In this document: in pieces, positions 19,885-28,309 of the stretch | Layout: the number at the start of each line of letters is the position of its first letter | Position numbering within the stretch: position 1 is the stretch's first letter | Translations under genes and position numbers: made by a program | Origin: a bacterium | GTDB lineage: Bacteria; UBA8248; JACPRG01; G963555815 | Direction: 5' to 3' | Length of the DNA stretch: 64,000 bases | NCBI GenBank assembly: GCA_965261595.1 | Contig: CBDHDG010000004.1 | Location: forward strand, 672,001-736,000 | The notes under the pieces: model-generated | Seen by the model: only the letters and a program-made list of their open reading frames with translations | The model's database searches: none | Told to the model about the DNA's origin: nothing

Positions 19885-20071
19885 CGGGTCAGGAAAACCG
19901 CCCGTCGCTCCCCCCTCCCCTCCCCCCCCCCCCGATTTCGCTTGCCGGAAATAAAACACCGCCCCTTGCGATTCAACCGGATGAGATTGGGCGGCGCCCT
20001 CCGCGCATCTTTCCGGCCTGGATCTCTTTGAATCCGGTCAGACGCCCGTTCGGCCGAAAAGGCGCTCTTCG

Positions 20072-20860
20072 ATGGCTCGTCATGGTCTCCGCGTAATCGT
20101 CCTCCTCCCCCTCCTCCCCTTCCTCGCCGGCTTCGCCGGGATTCTCGCCGAGACATGGGGTCAGGCGGGAATTCCCCGCGACGATGCTCCGATGGCCCGG
20201 GTCCCCGCCGGTGTATTCCTGATGGGCGATTCGCGCGGGGCGCTCACCGAGCGGCCCCAAATCCGGGTCCACCTGGACGCCTTCGAGATCGACGTTCACG
20301 AAGTCACGAACGTGCGGTACGCCCGGTTCATGCGGGCGCGGCGCAAGACGGGAAGACCCGTCAGGACACCCGATTATTGGGACTCCCCCGCATTGAATCC
20401 GCCGCGGCATCCCGTGGTCGGGCTGACTTGGCAGTAGGCCCGGGCCTACTGCGCCTGGGCCGGAAAACGCCTTCCCACCGAGGCCGAATGGGAAAAGGCC
20501 GCGCGCGGAACGGACGGTCGGAGGTATCCGTGGGGGGACGCCTTCGGCGCCGGCAGGGCCAACGCCGCGCCGGCGGGTCTGAACCGGCCGGCGCCGGTGG
20601 GGTCCTTTCCTTCCGGGCGAAGTCCGTACGGACTGGAGGACATGGCGGGAAACGTCTGGGAGTGGACGGCCACGCCTTACGGGGCTTACTACTACCGGGT
20701 CTCTCCCCCGCGGAATCCCCGGGGCCCTCGTGACGGATGGCTGAAGGTCATTCGCGGCGGTTCCTGGATGAACGGGCCGGATCAGGTCCGGACGAGCGTG
20801 CGCTTCCGGCTGGACCCCGTCGTGAAATGGAAGCGCGTGGGCATGCGCTGCGCCCGCTGA
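20072..20860 (+). CDS. Secreted FGE-sulfatase (SUMF1)-domain protein with in-frame TAG at 20435-20437
   Basis: [58 protein letters not shown] continuous in one frame across the TAG. Confidence 0.8.
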
Positions 20861-21021
20861 CCCGAAGGGCGCCCGGTTCTCATCATTCCAAAGCCGGAAA
20901 CGGACAGAATAATCCAATTGAGAATTTGTTGACCCTATTAAATAATGACGGATCTCCCGTCTTCAGAGGATTTGTTCCCCTGACGACAAGAAAAGACGAG
21001 GATCCGAAGAAGGGACGTTTG

Positions 21022-21743
21022 GTGAATCGAATTCGATGGATGGCCCTGGGGATTGTGCTCCCCGCGATGTTCTGGACTTTTTCCGCGTGGGGTTACGAGG
21101 TCGTCGAGGTAAAGGACGGCGGCGCGGTGAGCGGAACAATCACATTCGAGGGACAGGCCCCGGCGCCGAAAGAATTGCGCGTCACCAAAACGAAAATGTC
21201 TGCGGGGTGAAGCCCTTATTTTCCCAGGAGTTCGTCGTCTCCAAGAAGGGGGCGCTCAAGAACGTCGTGATTTCGCTGGTCGGCGTTGAAAAGGGCAAGG
21301 CCTTCAAGAAGAAATCCGCCCGGCTGATTCAGCGGCAGTGCATGTTCGTCCCGCACGTCGCCCTGATCCCGGTCGGAAAGCGGTTCAAACTCGTCAACGA
21401 GGACAAGCTCCTCCACAACCTCCGGACCCTATCGAAAGAGAACGTCGCCCTGAACATCGCCCACCCGAAGTTCAAAAAGACCCTCCGGATCAAGAAGAAG
21501 TTCAAGAAACCCGAAATCATGCGGATCAAATGCGACATCCATTCCTGGATGGACGGGTGGATCATCGCCATCGCTCACCCCTACTACGTCGTATCCAAAA
21601 AGTCCGGCCGGTTCACCCTGAAGAACGTCCCCCCGGGCGCATACAAGCTCCGGGCCTGGCACGAGATCCTGGGCGAACAGGTCCAAACCGTCACGGTCCC
21701 CGCCGGCGGAGAGGTGAAGGCCGATTTCACTTTCAAGAAATAG
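21022..21743 (+). CDS. Secreted cupredoxin-like / carboxypeptidase-regulatory-like domain protein (1-nt frameshift near 21190)
   Basis: Signal peptide; QxxCxFxPHV, HN, CDIHSWM, PPGxYxLxAWHE; frames join if one A is added to the run at 21187-21190. Confidence 0.75.
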
Positions 21744-21753
21744 CCTCCTCGGC

Positions 21754-22905
21754 ATGAGCCCCCTGCCGCCCTCCGGCGCCCGAGCGCGCTCCGCGAGCCG
21801 TTCGCGCCCCTCCGCCCAAGGGCGATGCCCCCGCCTTGGGCGGGCCTGTCGCGCCCTCCTCGCGGGATTCCCCGCTCCGTCTTCCGCCCACCACGTCAAG
21901 ATGCGGTCCGGCCCCTTCGGCGGAATGGTCAGCTCCATTTCCATCCACCCCTCGGACCCGCGAAGGATTTACGCGGGGGTCTTCGGCACTGGTGTCTTCG
22001 GCGCGGGGGTCTACCGCTCGGACGACGGCGGGACCCTTTGGACCGCGAAATCCAGGGGCCTGACGGACACCGGCGTCTACAGCGTCCTCGTCCTCCCGGC
22101 AGGCGGAACCGTCCTGGCGGCCACGAACACCGGGGTTTTCCGGTCCGTGGACGGGGGTGAATCGTGGAAGCCGTCGAATCGCGGACTCCCCGATACAGGG
22201 GTCCGGATGTTCGCCCCCCTGTCCGAAAGCCACATCCTGGCCGCAACCGGGTCGGGGGTGTTTCGCAGCCGCGCCGGGGGAAAGACCTGGGCGGATGCGT
22301 CCGAAGGGCTCACAAACCAGGACGTCCGATGGCTTACCGTCGAGCCCGACGCGAAGAGAACGATCTTCGCGGCCACCTTCGGGGGCCTTTTCGAGAGCCG
22401 GGACGGCGGACGGACCTGGCGGGAAAAGGGTCTCTCCCTCCCCCCACTGCGCACGGCCATTGTGGCGGCGGGGGGACGGACGGTGATCGCCGGTTCGGCG
22501 AACCGGGGCGCCTTCATCAGCCTGGACGGGGGCGCGACGTTCAAACCCGCGAATGAAGGCCTCCCCAGCCCCTACATCATGGCCCTCGGATTCTCGGCGG
22601 CGGCGGGGGAGGAAGAAGGAGCAGAGGGATCTCCACCCATCTTCCTGGCCGGGACCCTCGGCGGATTGTACGTGAGCCGCAACGGAGGAAGCCGTTGGAA
22701 TTACCTGTCGAGCGACATGACGAACCTGTCCATTACGGCCTTCGCCGTCCATCCGAAGGACCCGAAGATGATTTTCGCCGCCACCGGCGGCCTGATCTTC
22801 CGGACGGCCGATGGAGGCCGCACTTGGACGAACCAGGCGCGCTGGGTGATCCATCATGCGGGGAGATTGAATCCGGCGCGGGGAAAATCCTTCGCCGGCC
22901 GGTGA
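21754..22905 (+). CDS. BNR/Asp-box repeat beta-propeller protein (VPS10/Ycf48-like)
   Basis: Repeated GVYRSDDGGxxW / SxDGGxTW Asp boxes; start uncertain. Confidence 0.8.
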   Translation: MSPLPPSGARARSASRSRPSAQGRCPRLGRACRALLAGFPAPSSAHHVKMRSGPFGGMVSSISIHPSDPRRIYAGVFGTGVFGAGVYRSDDGGTLWTAKSRGLTDTGVYSVLVLPAGGTVLAATNTGVFRSVDGGESWKPSNRGLPDTGVRMFAPLSESHILAATGSGVFRSRAGGKTWADASEGLTNQDVRWLTVEPDAKRTIFAATFGGLFESRDGGRTWREKGLSLPPLRTAIVAAGGRTVIAGSANRGAFISLDGGATFKPANEGLPSPYIMALGFSAAAGEEEGAEGSPPIFLAGTLGGLYVSRNGGSRWNYLSSDMTNLSITAFAVHPKDPKMIFAATGGLIFRTADGGRTWTNQARWVIHHAGRLNPARGKSFAGR

Positions 22906-22999
22906 ACGGTTGCGGGACCGCCGGCCTGATCCGTGATTGCGAATGACCGTGGGCGCATGCGCCAAAGGAGAGAAGCTCCATGAAAGGGAGGGAAGTTCC

Positions 23000-23719
23000 A
23001 TGAAAGGGAGAAACCGGAAGTGGTTGGGCGTTTCCTTGCTGGCCCTGGCGTTTGCCGTCAGCGGGCCGATGGGCTGGACGCAAACGTCCGACGCCGCAAA
23101 GAAGGCCAATCCATGTAACCCATGCGCCGCGAAGAAGGGAAATCCGTGTAATCCGTGCGCGGCCAAGGGAAATCCATGCAATCCCTGCGCGGCGAAGAAG
23201 GCCAATCCGTGCAACCCATGTGCGGCCAAGAAGGCCAACCCATGCAACCCGTGCGGGGTCAAAGCCAAGGCGAATCCGTGCAACCCGTGCGCGGCCGGCG
23301 GCGGCCGGAAGGGCCCCCGGGCCAAGGCCCGGATGATCATCGGGAAGGTGCTCTACGCGAAAGGCAATTACGTGGCGGTCCAGTGGAAGGGCGCGAAAAT
23401 CAACATCGGCGTCCACGCCAAAACGCAGTACTCCCGCGGACCCGCCAAATCCTCCCTCGGCTCGATCAAGCCGGGAGAGCGGATCATCGTTTCGATGATG
23501 GATCGGGGCGGCAAACTGAGCGCCAACTACGTCTACCTGTCCAAGGCCTCGAAGGGCGGAAACCCCTGTAACCCATGCGCGGCCAAAGGGAATCCCTGCA
23601 ACCCGTGTGCGGCCAAGAAGGCCAACCCGTGCAACCCATGCGCCGCCAAAGGAAATCCCTGCAATCCATGCGCGGCGAAGAAGGCCAACCCGTGCAACCC
23701 GTGCGCGGCCAAAAAGTGA
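23000..23719 (+). CDS. Secreted protein with 11 NPCNPC repeats flanking a small basic beta-rich domain
   Basis: RBS, signal peptide ending SDAA, 6 N-terminal and 5 C-terminal NPCNPC units, synonymous codon variation among units. Confidence 0.88.
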   Translation: MKGRNRKWLGVSLLALAFAVSGPMGWTQTSDAAKKANPCNPCAAKKGNPCNPCAAKGNPCNPCAAKKANPCNPCAAKKANPCNPCGVKAKANPCNPCAAGGGRKGPRAKARMIIGKVLYAKGNYVAVQWKGAKINIGVHAKTQYSRGPAKSSLGSIKPGERIIVSMMDRGGKLSANYVYLSKASKGGNPCNPCAAKGNPCNPCAAKKANPCNPCAAKGNPCNPCAAKKANPCNPCAAKK

Positions 23720-23805
23720 TTGCGGCTTGTGCCGACGGATTCCGAGCGGGATTCGAAAGAGACGCGTCCAAACGCGGAACACTCGAACTCAAGGGAGGTC
23801 AATCA

Positions 23806-24435
23806 ATGCTTCGATCATGGACGAGGGTCTCGGCGGCCCTCCTCGCAGCGGTGGTGATGACGGCCGGGACGGCCGCAATCGCCTCCGCCCAGAAAAAGAA
23901 GACCATCCCCATGGGGCCCTATTTTCAAACGCTCCAGAAGGATGCGTCCATCGCCGCCGCCATCAAGCGGGGAAAGCGGCAGTTCAACCAACTGGGTTGC
24001 GCTGGCTGTCATCCGCGCGGGGGCACCATCGGCGGAACCGCCCGGGCGGTCGACGGAAGCCCGGTGCCCGTTCCCATTCCCCAGCTCGTGGGCGCGGCCC
24101 TTCACTACCCGCGCCTATCGATGACGGGGTTCGCGGCGAACATCGGCATCATGAACGACCTCTGAAACACGATCTTTCTCGGCCGTGAGCCGATGGATCC
24201 CAATTCCCAGCAGTACATGGACCTGTACGCCTACGTCGCCTCTCTTACACCGGCGGTCAAAAAGGAGATGCTCCGGTGGGAGAAAGAGCGCCAGGCCCTG
24301 ATGAAGAAAATCATGAGCAAGGGCGGGGGCGGCAAAGGCAACCCCTGCAACCCGTGCGCGGCCAAAGGGAACCCGTGCAATCCTTGCGCGGCCAAGAAGG
24401 CCAATCCGTGCAACCCATGCGCGGGGAAGAAGTAA
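23806..24435 (+). CDS. SoxA/TsdA-like monoheme cytochrome c, predicted selenoprotein (U120), with 3 C-terminal NPCNPC repeats
   Basis: GGAGG RBS, signal peptide, CAGCH, LVGAALHYP, MNDL-TGA-NTIFLG..DPNSQQYMDLYAYVASL in one frame. Confidence 0.82.
24171..24199 (+). promoter_or_regulatory. Bacterial SECIS-like hairpin
   Basis: Stem TCGGC/GCCGA (24179-24193), loop CGTGA with GT, 18 nt between the TGA and the loop; lower GATC/GATC pairing. Confidence 0.72.
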
Positions 24436-24460
24436 GAAACGCACGCTGTTTGATATAATT

Positions 24461-24494
24461 GAAAGGGGGACGGTTGCGAGGCCGTCCCCCTTTC
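24461..24494 (+). terminator. Strong hairpin after the cytochrome gene (terminator or mRNA-stabilising)
   Basis: GAAAGGGGGACGG-N8-CCGTCCCCCTTTC perfect 13-bp stem. Confidence 0.7.
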
Positions 24495-24552
24495 GATTTG
24501 GTTCCGCGAAAAAATTCGGCGCGGATGAACACTGAAGATGGATGGAGAAACG

Positions 24553-25317
24553 ATGAACGCATTCCGGAGACTCTTCGTCGGCGGCATTTTCCTGGCCGTC
24601 GGGTGGGCGGCGTCGCCCGCGATAAGCGCCGAAATCAAGGGCGACCTGGAACAGGGCAAAGACGTCTACGAGGAGATCTGCTTCTCATGCCACGGCGCCA
24701 GAGGGGACGGGAAGGGCCCGAGCTTCCGGAACACGATGCCCTACCCCCAGGTTTTCGCGAATCCCAACTACATGAAGCGCCTGACGCCGCAATACATGTT
24801 CGACGTGGTGAAGTTCGGCAAGCTCGCCGTCATCAAAGGCGAGAAGCAGACCGGGAAGTACGACGTCCTGCCCATGCCCGGGTTCGAGGATTCCCTGGAG
24901 GACGGGGAGATCCGCGGTCTGATCGCCTATGAGAAGTTTCTCCTGACCGGAAAGTGGAACCCACCCAAAGGAAGTGAATTCACGCAAGCGGATATGAAGG
25001 AGTACTTCGACGGGGCCTGCGCCGAGTGCCACGGCCCGAAGGGCAAGGGAAACGGGGACAAGGCGGTCGGAAAGCAGGACCCCGGCAAACCGTTCGTCAG
25101 CGTCGCCCAGCCCGCGCCCGCCGACCAGACCGACCCCCTCCTCATGGCCCGGTTCAACGACGAGTTCATCTTCTGGCTGATCAAGAAAGGCCGCATCGCC
25201 GTCACCGAAGAGAAGAACTTCGACATCATGAAACCCTACGGACACGTCATGAGCGACGAGGAGATCTGGAGCGTCGTGCGGTACGTGTGGGAAACGTATA
25301 TCGAAAAGAAAAAGTGA
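24553..25317 (+). CDS. Diheme cytochrome c
   Basis: Signal peptide; CFSCH and CAECH; PMPGF and MKPY distal Met motifs. Confidence 0.9.
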   Translation: MNAFRRLFVGGIFLAVGWAASPAISAEIKGDLEQGKDVYEEICFSCHGARGDGKGPSFRNTMPYPQVFANPNYMKRLTPQYMFDVVKFGKLAVIKGEKQTGKYDVLPMPGFEDSLEDGEIRGLIAYEKFLLTGKWNPPKGSEFTQADMKEYFDGACAECHGPKGKGNGDKAVGKQDPGKPFVSVAQPAPADQTDPLLMARFNDEFIFWLIKKGRIAVTEEKNFDIMKPYGHVMSDEEIWSVVRYVWETYIEKKK

Positions 25318-25385
25318 GGCGGGCTTCTCGGAAAAGAGAAGCGGCCGACCCGTCCGGCGTTCGTTCTTCGAGGCGCGCGGCAATC

Positions 25386-26597
25386 CTACGGAAGCAGAAT
25401 CGTTCTATCGTACAGGACATACGGCGAAGACATCGCGTGGGCGCGGGCCTTCTCGATCAGTCCGCGCGCCCGGGCGCTCATCCGGCCCTGGAGAAGCGAA
25501 GGGAAGAACGTCGCGCCGTAGTAATCGTCGGGATGGACCTCCACGAAGACGTGGAGGCGCTTCGCCCCCCGGGGGTTGGGCGCGTTGTAGTCGAAGACGC
25601 GGGTCTTCCCGGGGGGGATGCGCGTGTCCGACCGCTCGACCCAGCCGCCTTCGTATTCAAGCCGGCGTTGGATGCGGTCCGCCCGGCGGCTCCCCTCGAT
25701 GGTCTTTCCATTCTCGTCGAGCAGCTCCACCTTGATGAAGACGGCCGGAATCATGTACGTCGGAAACATGTGACCCGCCCCGGTGTTGGTCAGGGTGATT
25801 CGCGCGACGGCCCGGCCCGGAACGGCCTCCTTCCCCCGGGGGACCACAACGCCCAGCGTCACCGCCCGGGCCGTCATCTCCTTGTCGTGAATGCCCCGCC
25901 ACAGGTGCTTGCGCCCCGGCATGTGGCAATCCTGGCACTGAACGCCCAGCTTTGAATACGGCCCTTCTTTCCACTCCACATACGTGTTCTCAATCGGCTT
26001 TCCGTTAACGGCCGCCGACATCGGATGCTGGTGGCACGTCCGGCAAAACTCCGACCGCTCGAAGGCGGTCGTCCGGGTTACGCCTCCGTGGGGCGATTTC
26101 TCCACGCTGGGTCCAAGGGATTTCCCCGCCTTCGGCGGGCCGAACCGCTCGTGCCCCCGCACGTGACAAGCGGCGCAGATCAGCCCCCCCTTCTCCAAAT
26201 CTTTCACGTAGCCCTCGTTCCTGACGACCGTCCCCGACCGCCCGACCCGATAAGGCTGCTGCTCGGCCAGGGGGGCGTGACAACCCACGCAGTCCTCCGC
26301 CCCGGCGGGATTGTCCACCCACTGGCCGACCACGCCCGGGCCCATGGCCTTGGCGTGAAGACTCGTCTTCCAGTCAGCGAGCTGGGCGGGGTGGCAAGCC
26401 CCGCAGGACTGGGGATCGAGCGCGCTTTCCAAGGGAGAGAACCCTTTGGGCGGCTTCCCGTTGGGCGCGAACGGAGATTGCCAGTGCTTGGCGACGAACG
26501 CTTCGATCGCCGGGTCCGGCGACTGGGCCGGGGCCTGGTCCGAAGAGAGCAGGAAGAAACCGGCGCAAGCGACGACGCGAAAAAATGTTTGCCGCAT
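25386..26597 (-). CDS. Pentaheme cytochrome c (c554-like multiheme family)
   Basis: Signal peptide; CGACH, CVGCH, CAACH, CRTCH, CQDCH; C-terminal NTGAGHxFPT domain. Confidence 0.9.
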   Translation of the reverse strand: MRQTFFRVVACAGFFLLSSDQAPAQSPDPAIEAFVAKHWQSPFAPNGKPPKGFSPLESALDPQSCGACHPAQLADWKTSLHAKAMGPGVVGQWVDNPAGAEDCVGCHAPLAEQQPYRVGRSGTVVRNEGYVKDLEKGGLICAACHVRGHERFGPPKAGKSLGPSVEKSPHGGVTRTTAFERSEFCRTCHQHPMSAAVNGKPIENTYVEWKEGPYSKLGVQCQDCHMPGRKHLWRGIHDKEMTARAVTLGVVVPRGKEAVPGRAVARITLTNTGAGHMFPTYMIPAVFIKVELLDENGKTIEGSRRADRIQRRLEYEGGWVERSDTRIPPGKTRVFDYNAPNPRGAKRLHVFVEVHPDDYYGATFFPSLLQGRMSARARGLIEKARAHAMSSPYVLYDRTILLP

Positions 26598-26625
26598 TTT
26601 CAGCGATTGATCCTCTCAGGGAAGA

Positions 26626-26672
26626 CGAAAAGAAAAGACCCGGGAGGATTTTCCTTCCCGGGCCTTCTTTTT
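26626..26672 (-). terminator. Rho-independent terminator after the NPC peptide gene
   Basis: CCCGGGAAGG/CCTCCCGGG stem followed by T-rich run on the minus strand. Confidence 0.65.
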
Positions 26673-27017
26673 ATCAGAATCCAGCCGAAATCAACAATCG
26701 ATTGCTACTTCTTGGCCGCGCAAGGATTGCAGGGGTTGGCCTTTTTCGCCGCGCACGGGTTGCAAGGATTGGCCTTCTTCGCAGCGCACGGGTTGCAAGG
26801 ATTGGCCGCCACCTTGGCCGCGCACGGGTTTGCAGGGGTTGGCCTTTTTCGCGGCGCACGGGTTGGCCTTCTTGTGCCAGGCCGCGTCACTCACCCCGGA
26901 TCCCGCGACGAACAGGACCGCGACCGCCGCCACCAGGAAACTACACAACAGTCCCCCGCTCTAGGGTTTTGTTGGACACTCGATTGATCCATGATTCATG
27001 GAGAAAGGGGTGTCGCG

Positions 27018-27404
27018 ATGAACGAACAAAAGCAAGAGGGGGCTTTGGCGGAGGGCGCCCGCAGGGCGAACGGAGCCAAGGCCCCAGGGCATCGCAGTGA
27101 GCGGGGTCGGTTCTCCTGCCAGCGCAAGCGGGAGGCGGTCCTGCGTCTTTTGCGGGGCGAGAGCCTGGAGACGCTCTGCCGCGAGTTGGGCACGACAGCG
27201 GCTCGGCTTTCCGCCTGGCGCGAGGCGTTCCTTCGCGGGGGCGAGGCGGCGCTCAAAGCCCGCCCGGCGGATGAGCGGGACGAGGAGAACGCCCGGCTCA
27301 AGGCCAAGGTGGGCGAACTCACGATGGAGGGCGAGGTCCTGCGGGAGAAGATCGACCGCCTGGAGGCCGGCCGCCCTTTAGCCGGCAGGAGGTGGAGGCG
27401 ATGA
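27018..27404 (+). CDS. IS3-family transposase OrfA
   Basis: HTH (KREAVLRLLRGESL..L.RELG) plus coiled coil (ENARLKAKVGELTME). Confidence 0.85.
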   Translation: MNEQKQEGALAEGARRANGAKAPGHRSERGRFSCQRKREAVLRLLRGESLETLCRELGTTAARLSAWREAFLRGGEAALKARPADERDEENARLKAKVGELTMEGEVLREKIDRLEAGRPLAGRRWRR

Positions 27405-28309
27405 GTCAGGCCCGCTTCACCTCCACGGGCAGAGCCTACGGCCTGAAGCGGGTGTGCGCCCTTTGGGGCTTGGCGCGCTCCACGGTCTACGCGCAACGGC
27501 GGCGAGAGGCGGTCCCCGTTCATGAACGCCCCACGCCCAATAAGCGCGGCCCTGTGGGCCCGTGCACCGATGCGGAACTCCTCGGCCACATCCGGCAGGT
27601 CCTGGAGGACTCTCCCTTCCATGGCGAGGGCTACCGCAAGGTGTGGGCGAGGCTGCGCTTCGCGGGCATCCGCACCAGCAAGGAGCGGGTGCGTCGCCTG
27701 ATGCGGGAGGCGGGGCTTCAGGCCCCCCACCGGGTGGGCAAACCCCGAGGTCCCAAGGCCCACAACGGGACCATCCGCACCGAGCGGCCCGACCGAGTGT
27801 GGGGCACGGACATGACGACGACGGTGACCACCGAGGAGGGGATGGCCTCGGTGTTCGTGGCGGTGGATCACTGCTCGGTGGACTGCGTGGGGATCCATGC
27901 GGCCAAGAGCGGCAACCGCTTCGAGGCCCTGGAGCCGATCCGGCAGGGGGTCGCCGAGCGCTTCGCCGGCTTGGAGGCGGACGTCGCCGAGGGGCTTAAA
28001 GTTCGTCACGACCACGGCCCCGCCTATCTGTCCGATGACTTTCAGCGGGAGATCGCCTACCTGGGCATGACCAGTTCGCCCAGCTTCGTGCGGGCGCCCG
28101 AGGGAAATGGCTACTGTGAGTGGTTCATCCGCATCTTGAAGGAGAATCTCCTGTGGGTGCGCTCTTTCGCCACCGTAGAGGAACTGCGGTGGGCGCTGCT
28201 TGAGTTCAAGAACCTGTACAACCATCATTGGATTCTCGAGGGCTACGGCTACCGAACGCCGGCCCAGGCAAGGCAGGAAAAACTCGCTCAAGTTGCGGAG
28301 GCCGCATGA
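27401..28309 (+). CDS. IS3-family transposase OrfB (DDE)
   Basis: GYRKVWARL, WGTDMT, HDHG, GNGYCEWFIR; ATGA overlap with orfA. Confidence 0.9.
   Translation: MSQARFTSTGRAYGLKRVCALWGLARSTVYAQRRREAVPVHERPTPNKRGPVGPCTDAELLGHIRQVLEDSPFHGEGYRKVWARLRFAGIRTSKERVRRLMREAGLQAPHRVGKPRGPKAHNGTIRTERPDRVWGTDMTTTVTTEEGMASVFVAVDHCSVDCVGIHAAKSGNRFEALEPIRQGVAERFAGLEADVAEGLKVRHDHGPAYLSDDFQREIAYLGMTSSPSFVRAPEGNGYCEWFIRILKENLLWVRSFATVEELRWALLEFKNLYNHHWILEGYGYRTPAQARQEKLAQVAEAA

Noticed and set aside
20435..20437. Pyrrolysine read-through
   Set aside because: Position is normally acidic, and there are no pyl or methylamine methyltransferase genes in the window; a point change or error is simpler.
20072..20860. 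True formylglycine-generating enzyme acting on the CxP repeats
   Set aside because: The Cys pair expected after RGGS is absent (RGGSWMNG), and the repeats lack the Arg of CxPxR.
23100..23715. Tandem ~30-nt DNA repeats as a CRISPR array
   Set aside because: No unique spacers; variation is synonymous within an ORF; no cas genes.
23100..24430. CNPC repeats as heme-binding motifs
   Set aside because: They are CxxC followed by Ala/Gly, not CxxCH.
24193..24435. Independent 80-aa ORF starting MDPNSQQ
   Set aside because: No RBS or signal peptide; in frame with the upstream cytochrome and completes its fold; the ATG lies in the SECIS-like stem.
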